From: Mizuhopecten yessoensis
Lineage: Eukaryota
Assembly (NCBI RefSeq): GCF_002113885.1
Contig: NW_018408919.1
Span: 1,392,987 to 1,456,986, forward strand
Length of the DNA stretch: 64,000 nt
Direction of reading: 5' to 3'
Position 1 is the stretch's first letter. Every line of letters starts with the position of its first letter. A program made the translations under genes and the position numbers. Under the pieces are notes generated by a model that worked only from the letters and a program-made list of their open reading frames with translations, was not told the DNA's origin and did not search any database. This document shows, in pieces, positions 38,701-51,000 of the stretch.

Positions 38701-41700
38701 ATAATACGAAATCTAATTTGATGTAAATATATCAATCGAACAAGTTTAGGTTTCTTCTTGTGTTGTCATTGGAACACTTTCATCAGCATTTGTACTGTTA
38801 TAATTCTGGAATAAAGGAGACGTTGATCATGGTGTGGCACATTTTAGAAGTTTGTCTTGAATTACCGACATTCAAACGGGCATTGAAGATGGAGGGTCGG
38901 AAGGAGTTACAAGTGATGGTCACTCTTAATATAAATATGTATATATTAAATATTGTCTGGGGGAACCTAGGAGTAAATCAAATATATTTCATTTCAATGT
39001 TTTATGGTTACATGTATTATTCATAGACACTTGTAGTTTTGAAATCACGAAATAACAAAAATGCTTCAAAAAACGGTTACTAACTTACTAGCATGTTTTT
39101 CATTGGTCTAGACTAACACTAAATTGGAGGTCCTAGATGTTTCATGGAATGGATTTGACGTTCCTGGTTGTCATGGTTTCAGTCAAGGTCTAGATGCTAA
39201 TACGTCACTCCGAGAATTAAACATAAGCTCGAACAGAATTGGACCCAAAGGCGTGGCCAAACTCCTGGAGGGCCTCAAGCGGAACACCACGCTGGCCTGT
39301 CTCAAGGTTGGTGAAAGTATATACAAACTTTACTTAATGACGTACTGAGTTGAACAAAGTGAGCGATAGCCGATGAATATGGCTTTCCTGAGTAAGAAGA
39401 AGCGTCCGTCAATCCGTGCGCAACTTTGCTTTGGGGCTTATGTCATTACTCTGCCACCTACAAACATAACAAAAACATTTTTGGATGTACTAAAATGCCT
39501 CGCTATATGTAGAGTTAGGACCCATTTTCACCGTGCGCCAATTTGTTGGATGTATGAGTAGATGTATCATACCGGTAAAATCTCCACACATTTTGAGGAG
39601 GGGTGTGGAGGGGTGTGTAGGGTGACCTTTGACCTAGATATGCATGGAATGTATGACGCAATAGGGGGGGGGGGCAGATATGCATGGAATGTGTGGAGGG
39701 AGTTTGACCTAGACATGCTTACAGCAAAGAATGTGTGGAGGGGTTTGACCTAGACATGCTTACAGCAAAGAATGTGTGGAAGGAGTTTGACCTAGACATG
39801 CTTACAGCAAAGAATGTGGGGGGGGAGTTAGACCCAGACATGCTTACAGCAAAGAATGTGTGGAGGGAGTTTGAGCAAGACATGCTTACAGCAAAGATTG
39901 TGTGGAGGGAGTTTGACCTAGACATGCTTGGAACGTGAAACGTCACAACAAAGAATGAGTGGAGGGAGTTTGACCTAGACATGCTTGGAACGGGAAACGT
40001 CACAGCAAAGAATGTGTGGAGGGAGTTTGACCTAGACATGCTTGGAACGTGAAACATCACAGCTAAGAATATGTGGAGGGAGTTTGACCTAGATATGCTT
40101 GGAACGTGAAACATCACAGCAAAGAATGTGTGGAGGGAGTTTGACCTAGACATGCTTTTTGTGGAAAGAATGTGTGGAGGGATTTTGACCTAGACATGCT
40201 TACAGCAAAGAATGTGTGGAGGGAGTTTGAACTTGACATGCTTACAGCAGAGAATGTGTGGAGGGAGTTTGACCTAGACATGCTTACAGCAAAGAATGTG
40301 TGGAGGGAGTTTGAACTAGACATGCTTACAGCAGAGAATGTGTGGAGGGAGTTTGACCTAGACATGCTTACAGCAAAGAGTGTGTGTAGGGAGTTTGACC
40401 TAGACATGCTTACAGCAAAGAATGTGTGGAGGGATTTGACCTAGACATGCTTGGAACGTGAAACGTCACAGCAAAGAATGTGTGGAGGGGACATTCAGGA
40501 CTGAACATGCCCACAACAGACGATGATGTAAGGTCTTCCCTTTAATTTTATTGTTAGACTGAACACTTCCCGAATAAAAAGTAGAGCTATCATATGAAGA
40601 AGTCGACTTTCAAAATGTGGAGGTAAAGTTTGTTATTGTAAGAAAAGACATGTTCACAGTAACCCAACTCAGTCAAGCTTTTAAAATGATGTTATCAGCA
40701 AGAAACAATTTTCACACTCCGCTAAACTAAACGCTTTTAATTCATAACTCGATGTATCGCACTAGTGACATTTCAAGAGAAATGTTATAACCTTAAGGTC
40801 TAAACATAGCCAAACATCCAGAGAAAAGTTTATCCCAGCAGCTTAGTAGGTTAACTTTATAGAATTATGAAGAATGAAGAATTATGTGTAAACTTTAACT
40901 TTGTTGATTATTAAATTTGTTAGTTTTGAAACTTTCATTCTGTGTTCATTTTTATTCTCATTTTAGGTAGTGTTGATGCTTCATTGCAACAGGTGTAGTG
41001 GAAGGTGTTCCTCCCTTATTCCTGTTCCATGGTTGACATGAAATATACTTTGCAGTAGAGTATCCTGGTGATAACATCATTTAAATACTTTAACATTCTC
41101 GTGTGATTCATTGTAAAGTTGATTATATTTGATAAATCAAATGACTGTATAGGGAATTGAATCCTAGATTTTTAGCCTAACGTTCTAACCTACTAAGCTG
41201 CTTGGATAAACTTTTCTCTGGATGTTTGGCTATGTTTAGACCTTAAGGTTATAACATTTCTCTTGAAATGTCACTAGTGCGATACATCGAGTTATGAATT
41301 TAAAGCGTTTAGTTTAGCGGAGTGTGAAAATTGTTTCTTGCTGATAACATCATTTTAAAAGCTTGACTGGGTTGGGTTACTGTGAACATGTCTTTTCTTA
41401 CAATAACAAACTTTACCTCCACATTTTGAAAGTCGACTTCTTCATATGATAGTTCTATTTTTAATTCGGGAAGTGTTCAGTCTAACAATAGCATGAACGG
41501 GAAGACCTTACATCATCGTCTGTTGTGGGCATGTTCAGTCCTGAATGTCCCCTCCACACATTCTCTGCTGTGACGTTTCACGTTTCAAGCGTGTCTAGGT
41601 CAAACTCCCTCCACACATTCTTTGCTGTAACCATGTCTAGGTCAAACTCCCTCCACACATTCTTTGCTGTAAGCATGTCTAGGTCAAACTCCCTCCACAC

Positions 41701-44700
41701 TTTCCATGCATATCTGGGTTTTCCCTCCCCTATTGCGTCATACATTCCATGCATATCTAGGTCAAAGGTCACCATCCACACCTCTCCACAAAAAGTGTGG
41801 GGATTTTACCGGTATAATACATCTACTTGTATGTCTAGTATACAATGTTAAAACATCGCCAAATTGTGTAGTGCACTACAAGTCACATGAAATGCTATAA
41901 ACATAACGCTCAAACAATTTATTTACATATTTGTTTCTCCGATACAACTAAGAAACCAAAGTTATTTCGTGGTGTTTTCAGCTTGCTGATAATCCTCTAG
42001 GCCCTAACGGAGCGTTGGCGGTGTTGAACGCTGCAATGAAATCTCACAGCATCGAGGAGCTAGATTTCGGGGTAAGTACGTGCTCATTGATTGGCAGGAA
42101 TCAGTTTTTGTTACCACATGTCTCTTGTTTATGTATGAGACAAACTCCATTCAAGCATTGATAGTTTTAAGAAAAGAAAAAAGAAAAAAGGAAAAAATAG
42201 CAAATAATCAAATAAACATAATGTTTGAAAATAATTATTCAGGACTCGTTTAAGTAGAGTCACTTGTGTTTGTTAGAAGAGTTCCAATAATAAGTTTGCT
42301 TGCTTTCTTTATTAAAGCAAAGCGTTATGTACGAACGAAATCAGGACATCAGATCCTCGGGTCTCTTCGTCATGATATTTCTTATGTTAAGGCTTTCCTC
42401 CAAACTGATTGGATCATTTCAAAATGTTCGTACTCCTTAAAAGAGTCCGCAAAGTATGATTGTCAGTGCAAAGGTTTCGAGAAAAAAGGAATAACTTTAA
42501 GGATCACCGTACTACTGCCCAAAATTTTAACTGTGCAATAAAAACTGATTTTTTTCTGGCATTACTACAGCTTTGATAAATCAATTCTGAAAAGAAAAGC
42601 ATACCTTGCGGGGATAAGGCAATAAAGTCATAAGGCAATCAAACAATGTTTAATCAAAAGTAATATTCTGAGTGTAAAAATTCAGCAGGGCTAGACCGAT
42701 ATTCGAACCCTGGACCTCAGACTGTGATACCATCGCTATACCGAGTGTGCTTCCTAGTCAACGGAAGCATCCTGATCCAACTTTGCTACATAATATCGAA
42801 AAGGAAATTAAGTGGAAGTTTCACCAGGGTGCAGAAGGACAGGGATCCTGAACAGGAAATCCTTTTCAAGGCCATTAAAAGCTGAAAGATTCTTACATAG
42901 CTTAATCAGGCTATAGTCACTTGACCACTGGCTTATGCTTTTTTGATTAAATGACAGCATAATACATATAAAATATAAAAAAAAGCTTAAAACAAAATTT
43001 CTATATGTCAAACTTTCTGAAGGAGAAACGTTAATTGGCTTTTTTCACCTGTAGTTATAAGTGAATGGTATTATTTTTCAGAACCAACCGGTGACGGCGG
43101 AGTTCGAAGACCTTCTAACAAAAATCCAGGCTGGCAGGGATATAAAAGTGCGCTATGGAAAAGAACCATCTAAAGCTAAACGGGAAGTTTGTGATGAAAC
43201 TCTGTACATTGCCGGGAATCCTCTTATTATCCTCTTTGAATTCATTCGTATGAAGAAACTGGACATCCTAAATCTGTTTAAGACCCTCGATGCCGACAGT
43301 AACCATTCTATATCATGGGAAGAATTTAGGATTGGAGTAAAGGTAACATACTGCGCATCCATTGTTTATATTAAGAACTCCCGCTGATGGCATAATGAAC
43401 AACAAATAATTTCCGAAGGGAAAACAAGATTTTTCGGCCTACTGGCCTTCTTCAAGCGCACAAGTCAACGATTCTTTCAAGTAACGTTTATCTTGCTTCC
43501 TTCGGAGAGGAAATGACGTAGAAAAGTATGACGTCACAATGACTCGTTGAATATATGACGTCCTAGGAAAAGTGTGAAACGTAGTTTTTTTACTCCAATA
43601 TAAAACAAAATACGCACAATATCTGCACATTATCAAGTTTGAATAATTACCTGACGTAATGAAACATAAAAAATCTCACAGCGTCTAAAACTATATATCG
43701 ATACCAAAAAGGCAACCGACCCTGTGTTTGTTGATGGGTGTTTTCTTCTCCTTTTAATGAAAGAAAACATTAAACTTCACCAAATTTAACAAAAGTTATC
43801 TGTTGCAAGTTATTCACACAGGTGAATAAATGGCTCAACATGTTGCGTTTTGACATGGTTACATTCAGGAACATATAAACAATAAATGATTTCTGGGAAA
43901 TGTTTGCCTCCATCGGTTATGTCAAATATACTGTCAAATATGCGATTGATTTTATGTTAAAAATTATTAAATCAATCTGATTCAATAAGGTTTGGAAGGT
44001 ATAAATCTGTAGATAAGTTTGAACACTCATATGAAAGAAGTAAAGCTGAAAAAAGTGACCATTTTTGTTCAACAGAATTCTACTATATGTATGAATTTAC
44101 ATATATATATGAATGCATATAATTGGTTAATTAAGCATAATACAACGACAGTGGAATGTGTTGATATTAAATATCAATGAATAGCAAAAACATGTTTAGT
44201 CTTAAATCATTATCACACATGATTGAAATACAATACAATAATAATATTGTTTTTCAATTTACTCATTACTGTACTACATGCGATTGATCATTGTTGAGGT
44301 TAATTATAAAAAGGTGGTATTGCTATGAAAACACTACATGCTATAACAAGCCGTAACACTACATTCAAATGCTTATGAATGTGTTGATACCAGTACATTT
44401 ATAGTACATGTTATAGGTAAAACACGCTGTACTATGTAGTAACTGATATTTACCTTTTTTTGTTAACAGAAAAGCCACATACCTGTCCGGCCAAAAGACC
44501 TTGAACAGATGATTGACAAAATGGACCTTGATAAGGACGGAGAAATAAATTTTAGGTATCTTATTTAGTATCATTTAACTATGATGAGACACCAAAAGAG
44601 CACAGGGTTATTTTTCTAACCAATGCCGGAGTAAACATAATTTTGTTAACCCGAAAGCCTCATATGATCTTTTGAGTATTTGACAACGGCTGAACGTCGA

Positions 44701-45025
44701 AGTAATGTGCGACCGGGTTTTACTCAAGTTGGAAGTCGCCACTGTCCAAAGAGAAAACGATTTAAATGACCATATAACGTAAATACAAAGGCTGTTATAC
44801 GATATGCTTTCAAAATACATAACCTGTATAATAATATATGGATACGTTGTTTGTTTCAGTGAGCTGATTGTTGCTCAGAAGGCCCACAACATGCAAGCGG
44901 AAAAACTGTTGGCCTGGAGTCTAGATGCCTTCCACGACAGCCCCATTGGCCAAATCTATCGCGATCTTCATAAGCGGTGCAGCGATACAAATATCTACCT
45001 CAAACAATATAAGCTCGTTAAATGA
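32797..45025 (+). CDS. LRRC74A-like leucine-rich repeat protein with two C-terminal EF-hands, paralog 1 (5' end unresolved); exons 32797-32986, 34890-35107, 35343-35450, 36202-36295, 36930-36979, 37353-37434, 38496-38581, 39112-39306, 41982-42071, 43082-43342, 44470-44555, 44860-45025
   Basis: Phase-consistent GT-AG exons; YLTACKTYSLVP N-cap, RI-type LRRs (NLSGNKL, LNLSWNHLR, LDVSWNGF, LNISSNRIG), EF loops DADSNHSISWEE and DLDKDGEINFSE. A possible upstream exon lies at 31179-31220. Confidence 0.85.
34201..34271. other. Assembly gap
   Basis: Run of N flanked by poly-G. Confidence 1.
34529..34672. mobile_element. Hairpin-forming MITE-like repeat
   Basis: AAGGATTAGCTTGAATATAT...GGAGATATAACAC mirrored by GTGTTATAGCTCC...ATATATTCAAGTTAATCCTT. 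Confidence 0.55.
35520..35737 (+). mobile_element. tRNA-derived SINE with V-domain-like core
   Basis: Box A-like GTGGCTGGGTG, box B GGTTCGAGGCC, core GTACTCCGGTTTCCC, tail CACGTCCTTAAATGACC...AAACCAAAC. Confidence 0.75.
37597..38090. repeat. 17-bp minisatellite, ~29 copies
   Basis: TCTAAACCACCAC(A/C)CTG repeated. Confidence 0.95.
39557..41827. mobile_element. Non-coding fold-back element with very long TIRs and 6-bp TSD; putative non-autonomous Polinton/Maverick
   Basis: TGTATG|AGTAGATGTA...TACATCTACT|TGTATG; arms 39557-40853 and 41186-41827 are reverse complements and contain 42/57-bp tandem repeats; ~330-bp spacer. Confidence 0.8.
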
Positions 45026-45113
45026 GTGTCAATGCATTAAGTGATATTGGTCATGAAGTTAAGTGACGTGGACATTAACCTGGGATTTAATACACACATG
45101 AAATAACGCATCG

Positions 45114-45452
45114 TCGATATCCAGGGGTAACGCTCACTTTCGCTTTATGCACCCTTGGAATATGTCATAGCAAAATCGAAGGCTCAGTCTGCACTGCATT
45201 GTGGATGAGACGAGAAGGCTAATTTGGTCCTTTGATGTACATCAAAAGAATCTAGCGGTCGCGTAACGGTAAAACTTTGTGGCTTTGAAGTCGGGCGTCG
45301 CTCCTCTGTAATCTTCAAAGGACAAGTATCAGTGTCACTAGTGATTGGTCAGGTTTCTTTTAACTGACACCAATCAAATAGCTAGCCGCGTGCCTTCAAT
45401 TTTGCTATGAAATATTCCAGGAGCGAAAGTGAGCGTAACCCCTGGATATCGA
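45114..45452. mobile_element. MITE with ~70-bp imperfect TIRs
   Basis: TCGATATCCAGGGGTAACGCTCACTTTCGC... mirrored by ...GCGAAAGTGAGCGTAACCCCTGGATATCGA. Confidence 0.75.
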
Positions 45453-48036
45453 GAATGAAAATAACGTCATTAAATTAAGAAGTGTTTATTTTTACTAAGT
45501 TAAACAACAAATGACGTTGGCCACCTCAAAGAGGAAGTGTTATTAAGCGATAGCAGTGGACATTAACCCTCAACTTCAATATACCATGGAACGATATCAT
45601 GAAGGAGGAGGTTTTATTTTAACGCGAATGACATCATCAGCGAGGGAGTGTGTTGCAATCTTAAGTGTAACAAAAAAAGTTTTGTCACATTGTTTCAACA
45701 AATACTGGTGCAATCGCAATCCTTTTTGTGTAATAAAAACGCACGTTTTTAAACAAATATATTACTGACCTTGATTTAATATCAAACTCTGACTCCTGAA
45801 TGTTTTCCGTCTATGGGTTCTGGGTTCAAAACTGAGGAAACTGAAATCTAAAGTTGGTTGAACCCATGTTACAATAAAATGTTAATTCTCTGTTATTGGG
45901 ATATAAATAATGAAATTTTCTAAGATTCCCGATGGACTTATATCGAGACATCCATATCAAATAAAACCTGTCGATAACGGATGACAACTCAGATAATCAT
46001 ATGACTAACCACGAAGGCAAGATTGTTGTTTTAATGACGGTACAAAAATATTAAAAACATCTTTATCTATTTTTTTCTGTATTATATTTTGTTAGTTTAT
46101 CAACGTTATTCAACCATTTTAAAATAAACCAAATAGAAATGTACATACAGTGTTTCTCTTAATATGTCCAAGGTACAGTACCAACGTGATAGTTAATGCA
46201 ACTAATTTCATTTTCCTTTTTCCCCTGAGAGTTAACGCTGTGGCAACTGTTAGACTTCAATTTATTGAAATAGATTTTTCAGATTTTGAGAATGTGAAAA
46301 TCATTAATATCTAACCCATTTTCACAATCCATGCTTCATTTTCCTTGGATTTTCAAACAATTCTAGAATAACATAAATATGTTTAATACAAATACATGTA
46401 GATCTTCTATCTGCAGCGTGTACGAATATGTGTTGCATAACTTACGAATTTTGAAGGAAGAAAGGACAATTTAAAATTCGACTTTTAATTTTAGACTCCT
46501 CAGGAATTGAATTGATGCATTGAAAAGGATAAGGTGAGATTTTTAAATCGTGTTTTCATATACACAGAACAAAATCTGCTTCAACAGTACGTGTGATAGA
46601 CTGTATTCATGCGTTCTAACAACAACAAATATAAGAATATACCAAAGTGCAATCAAAATTCGTCATACGTGCACAAATTTAAAGAAACGGGTAACATATG
46701 AGGAGAGAAAATATTTACTTTGATACACTTTAAGAGGAGATTAAAACCAGGCGTTTCGGAAGGGTAATTTCTTTTGAAGCACAGAAGATGTTCTTCGTGT
46801 TTCCTAGAATGGCTTTGACGTAATGGTTGTCATGGTTTCAATCTCAGTGGTAGTACGACTCATCACATCATGGACAGACCTTTAAGAGTACCTGTAAAAC
46901 AATGATTATGGTCATGCTTGAGTACCTACTACACAGACGCTCATGCTACAAGAGACACGTGATGAGAGTCGAACACGTGTCTATCAATTAGCCTTAATCG
47001 AACGGAGTGTGTTAATATCATGCATTTTCATAAACGGCGTTGAACTAGGGATTAAAGAAATATAGCAATTGGAATGTTTAATGTTAGATCAGCCATCTGT
47101 GGTCGGTTACTCAAAACCTTATCAGCTTAACGAGTCAAAATTCAAAATATATTTTTTGAGAGAAATCTTTAAAATTACATTTTTTGTTTTAATTCTTTCC
47201 TACAAGAGATCATTTTTAAAAATCTCTATAAAAGAGTGTTAGTTTGAATTTCAATATATTTTGTATATTATAAGTATAATGAAGATGAAAACTTTGCGTT
47301 AAGTTGCATTTCTTTGGTCAAGCTTTGAGCAACAAGGCCCTGGATATTAGTAACGGATCAATAGTTTTATTACTACACAAGATTAACCCGTCTCAATGTT
47401 TAGTATACGATAAACATGGGGTCGTACTAGGATTACCATGAAACTCTGTGTATTGTTATTAATCCGTTAAGCCTATGGTCAATGACGACTCAGCCCACAC
47501 CTTTCAACGGTGATGTGGTACAAGTAAAACAAAATTACAACATTCAGAGAGGTTCATGGTCGGACAGGTCAGTTGTAGTAACTGGACATCATTAACAGGG
47601 TAGCGTGAATGGTCACTCATGAAATACCTTGACATCAGCATGTTATAGATAAACCGTATATACCTACATCTACCTGGATAAAATCCACAATTCTCTGGGC
47701 AGGTTATGTTAGAGGACATGCTTCGAGAAAATAATGTTTTATTAGGAGAGGGACGTGTACTTAAAGTAAATTAAAACGCCATACCTGGACACAAGAATGA
47801 ATTGGATTAATATACGTGGATAGACAAAAGCATTGGAATTTCTTACATGTTATAATAATTGTGATCAATATCCATTACAGCGATAAACAAGATGCAATAT
47901 TCAAATATCGATTATGAAAGCCAGACAACTGTGACATTTACGTAGAAAAGTTTCTAGAGGATAAAGCTATCATCTTACCTGTACATCCACAGGTGTCACG
48001 TTGAGTGTAGGTGTCACATACAGGTGACACACAAGG

Positions 48037-51000
48037 ATGGATACTATGGAGCTACGACAGGGGTCAGTGATGTCTGATATCACAAGTAAGGCCAAAACAT
48101 CACAGGTGAGTTATAAAATTTCGTTCGTCAAACAGTTGGGTTTCAATAAAGTTCAACAAAAAGGCCAATATTAATCCGTATTGGCATAATAAGGGAACAA
48201 TTCGTGAACATCAGTGTTTTAGTTCCTATAATATGTTTTTCAAAAGAAAATAATTCAATGTTTGATCATACATATTGCTCTATCATATTTGTCCGTATCC
48301 TAATACAATCGCGCTTACTTTTATACTGTAAAACGGGAAATGTTTCGCCTAGTTTTAGTTTCGCATTTTTCCTTCTTCATACTGTGGATAAATTTATCCC
48401 GACAGCGAATATTGTTACACATCATACTTTGTTTAGTCATTACATATGAAGGGCGAAATTAACGTTGTGCGAATACTGATTATGCAAGTGAATGGGCGAA
48501 AGATTCCTGGTATGCAGTATTAATGGTTATGTTTCTGTAGTAAAAACTGAGTTGACCAAAAGATGTTTTACTTTCGCATTTTCTGATTGGCATCTGTTAC
48601 TCCAGGTTATATGGACAAGTTTATGTTAATATGTAATTGAGACGGGTTCATTTACTAAATGAATTTAAAAACTGTTTCCTGGTTACCATACTTTGAGGGC
48701 TTTGAACCTGATTTTCTTCCAGCTTTGGACCTTGCGGTCTGAAGAGTACATCCAGGTGCCTAAGTAATAACCGATAAGGTTACCAACTATTGTGCATGAC
48801 GTTAATATTTTCAAGGGCAACCCCAACAGGCGACAGAGCTTGGCAGTTGATTAAGATGAATAAAAGCAGGGTAACTTGAAAGGCGTCTTGATAATATGAT
48901 TAACTAAAATGTGAATGTCAAGTCTGAGAGGTACAAAACACTGTGAAGACAGTCTTACGCTTATTCGTCACTAGTACTTATTTACATCAGCTTATTTTTA
49001 TTGTTTTATTTGAAATAGTTTTGAGAAAACAAATTGATATTGTGCAACTAACTGTGAATCACGTTGATTTTTACGTTAATTCCGTCATCAAATTAATTCA
49101 CGAATTCAACTTTCCCACAAATATTGAATTTACAGAAAATTGAAATAATGAACCGTCGAATTCAAGTGAATAGTTTACTAAATAAATTAAAAGCGAAAAT
49201 GAATTATTAACAGTATTTCCAAATTATTTGTTTCCTTATTTCTGCTGATTTAATGTAAGCTCGTTCTTGTATACTTATATAAATTTGGGCCAGGAGACAA
49301 CAGAAAGATTTAAATAGTCACAATGGTCCAGGTTATTGGTAAGAATGATGCCGAAGTTAATGTTATGCTCTGAATATCATGACTTCTCTAATAGATGTCG
49401 ACTGCTGACGGACAAACTTACGACACTCAGTTTCAAACGATACATGTTGAAGAAGACCATGGGCAAGTTTAATGGTCGCTATCATGATCTGATAGGGAAA
49501 TATGCAATTTCTTTGTGTGATATGAAAGTCGATGCATAAATTTTGCTCAATAGTTTGCCTTGTGGTTTTGTTGTCACTTCCCAGGTTCTGGGTGTGATGA
49601 CGTGACATGATGAAACAGAAGACTGTTCATTTTAAAGGGTTTCCATGTAAATGTTTTCTTTGTTCATACTTTGCCTTAATTTTATCAATTTTGAGTTAGA
49701 GTTATGGTTTTGTTGGCACTTCGGTATCCACTTATATATTTTTCTTACTTCCAGCCGTTAATCTTCCCGATCACAAGGTAATGGCTATGTCTTTCTGCAT
49801 TTTTTGTATGTCTCTTGAATTCGATTTTTTGTTTCCTCAGTTCTTGCTGTTGTCCTTCCGTGTTGATTTCTTGTCCACATTAAAAGATAGCTAGCTATGT
49901 CAATTTATCTCAAATCAAGGGACAACTTTATCTACCAGGTTTTAATCACCTTCTTTATGTTACTCTGTGTCGTTCTCATTCATGTTTTTTTCTAATATAT
50001 ACAACTCCTGATTATATTACTTCATCGCCTAACGTGGTCTTCCCTGATTATCTTTACTATCTCACTGCGATTACCACTCATAAATATTATTATGTAGAAG
50101 AAGCAAGATGGACATAACTCGAATCAGTCGTTGACTTTCGCGATTGAAGAAGGCCAGGAGGCCGAAGTATTGGGACTTAGAATGACATTTGTTCGGTTAT
50201 TTTTTACATTATTTTGCTAGAGTTAACTAAAAATTGTACTATACCAGAGAGTCTACACAAACGGACAAAATTGGAAATCAAGATCAATGCAAAATATTAT
50301 CGCTAAAATATGTACATTAAAAGTAATACACATTTGTATTAACAAAAAGTCCCCTATCCTCTTGTTTAACGACGCTTGAATTGACAAGGTGCAAAATGTA
50401 AAATGACTTCTGAAAAAAACTGAAACTCAAAAGTAAGTCTGAGGTGCACATCTACATGAGAAATTATTCATTAGTAGAAATTTGCTAAATATGTCCGCAA
50501 GTCTCGAAGAAGTTGCCGAACAAACGTTTCATACAGACGGACGAAGGCACAGGAGAAGGGCGGACAAGTAGACTGCACCTTCGTTTCAAGAGCATGATAA
50601 CATATGCTTAAATTAAAATATATAATTTCATGTTACAGAGGAGGACCTCGATAATGACGAGGAACAACAACAGCACGAGCCTGGCCGCAACAAGTGTCAA
50701 GGCCCAAGCGCTGGCCAATAAGTACCGCCTCTCCAAGACTCCCAGCAAACGAGCTCCACCCACAAAAGTTCTAAGGATAAAGAAACTCAACGAGATGCAC
50801 GCGGCTGGCGGTTTTGATGTTAAAGAAGAGTCACTCGAAAAGGAGAGAATTCGGAAACAATCTCAAAGGACAATTGGTCAGGGGTTGAACTTCGACGAGT
50901 TCGATGATTTTGATTTTGATGGTAAGTAGCTCCCCCCCCTCCTCCTCATTGCGTTCCTGCCGCTTATATTCAAGTTGGTGAATTTAAAACAAAGTCAATG

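Noticed and set aside
39719-40444. Repetitive ORFs (AKNVWREFDLDMLT / SMSRSNSLHTFFAV)
   Set aside because: By-products of 42/57-bp repeats; broken by indels and lacking splice or start context.
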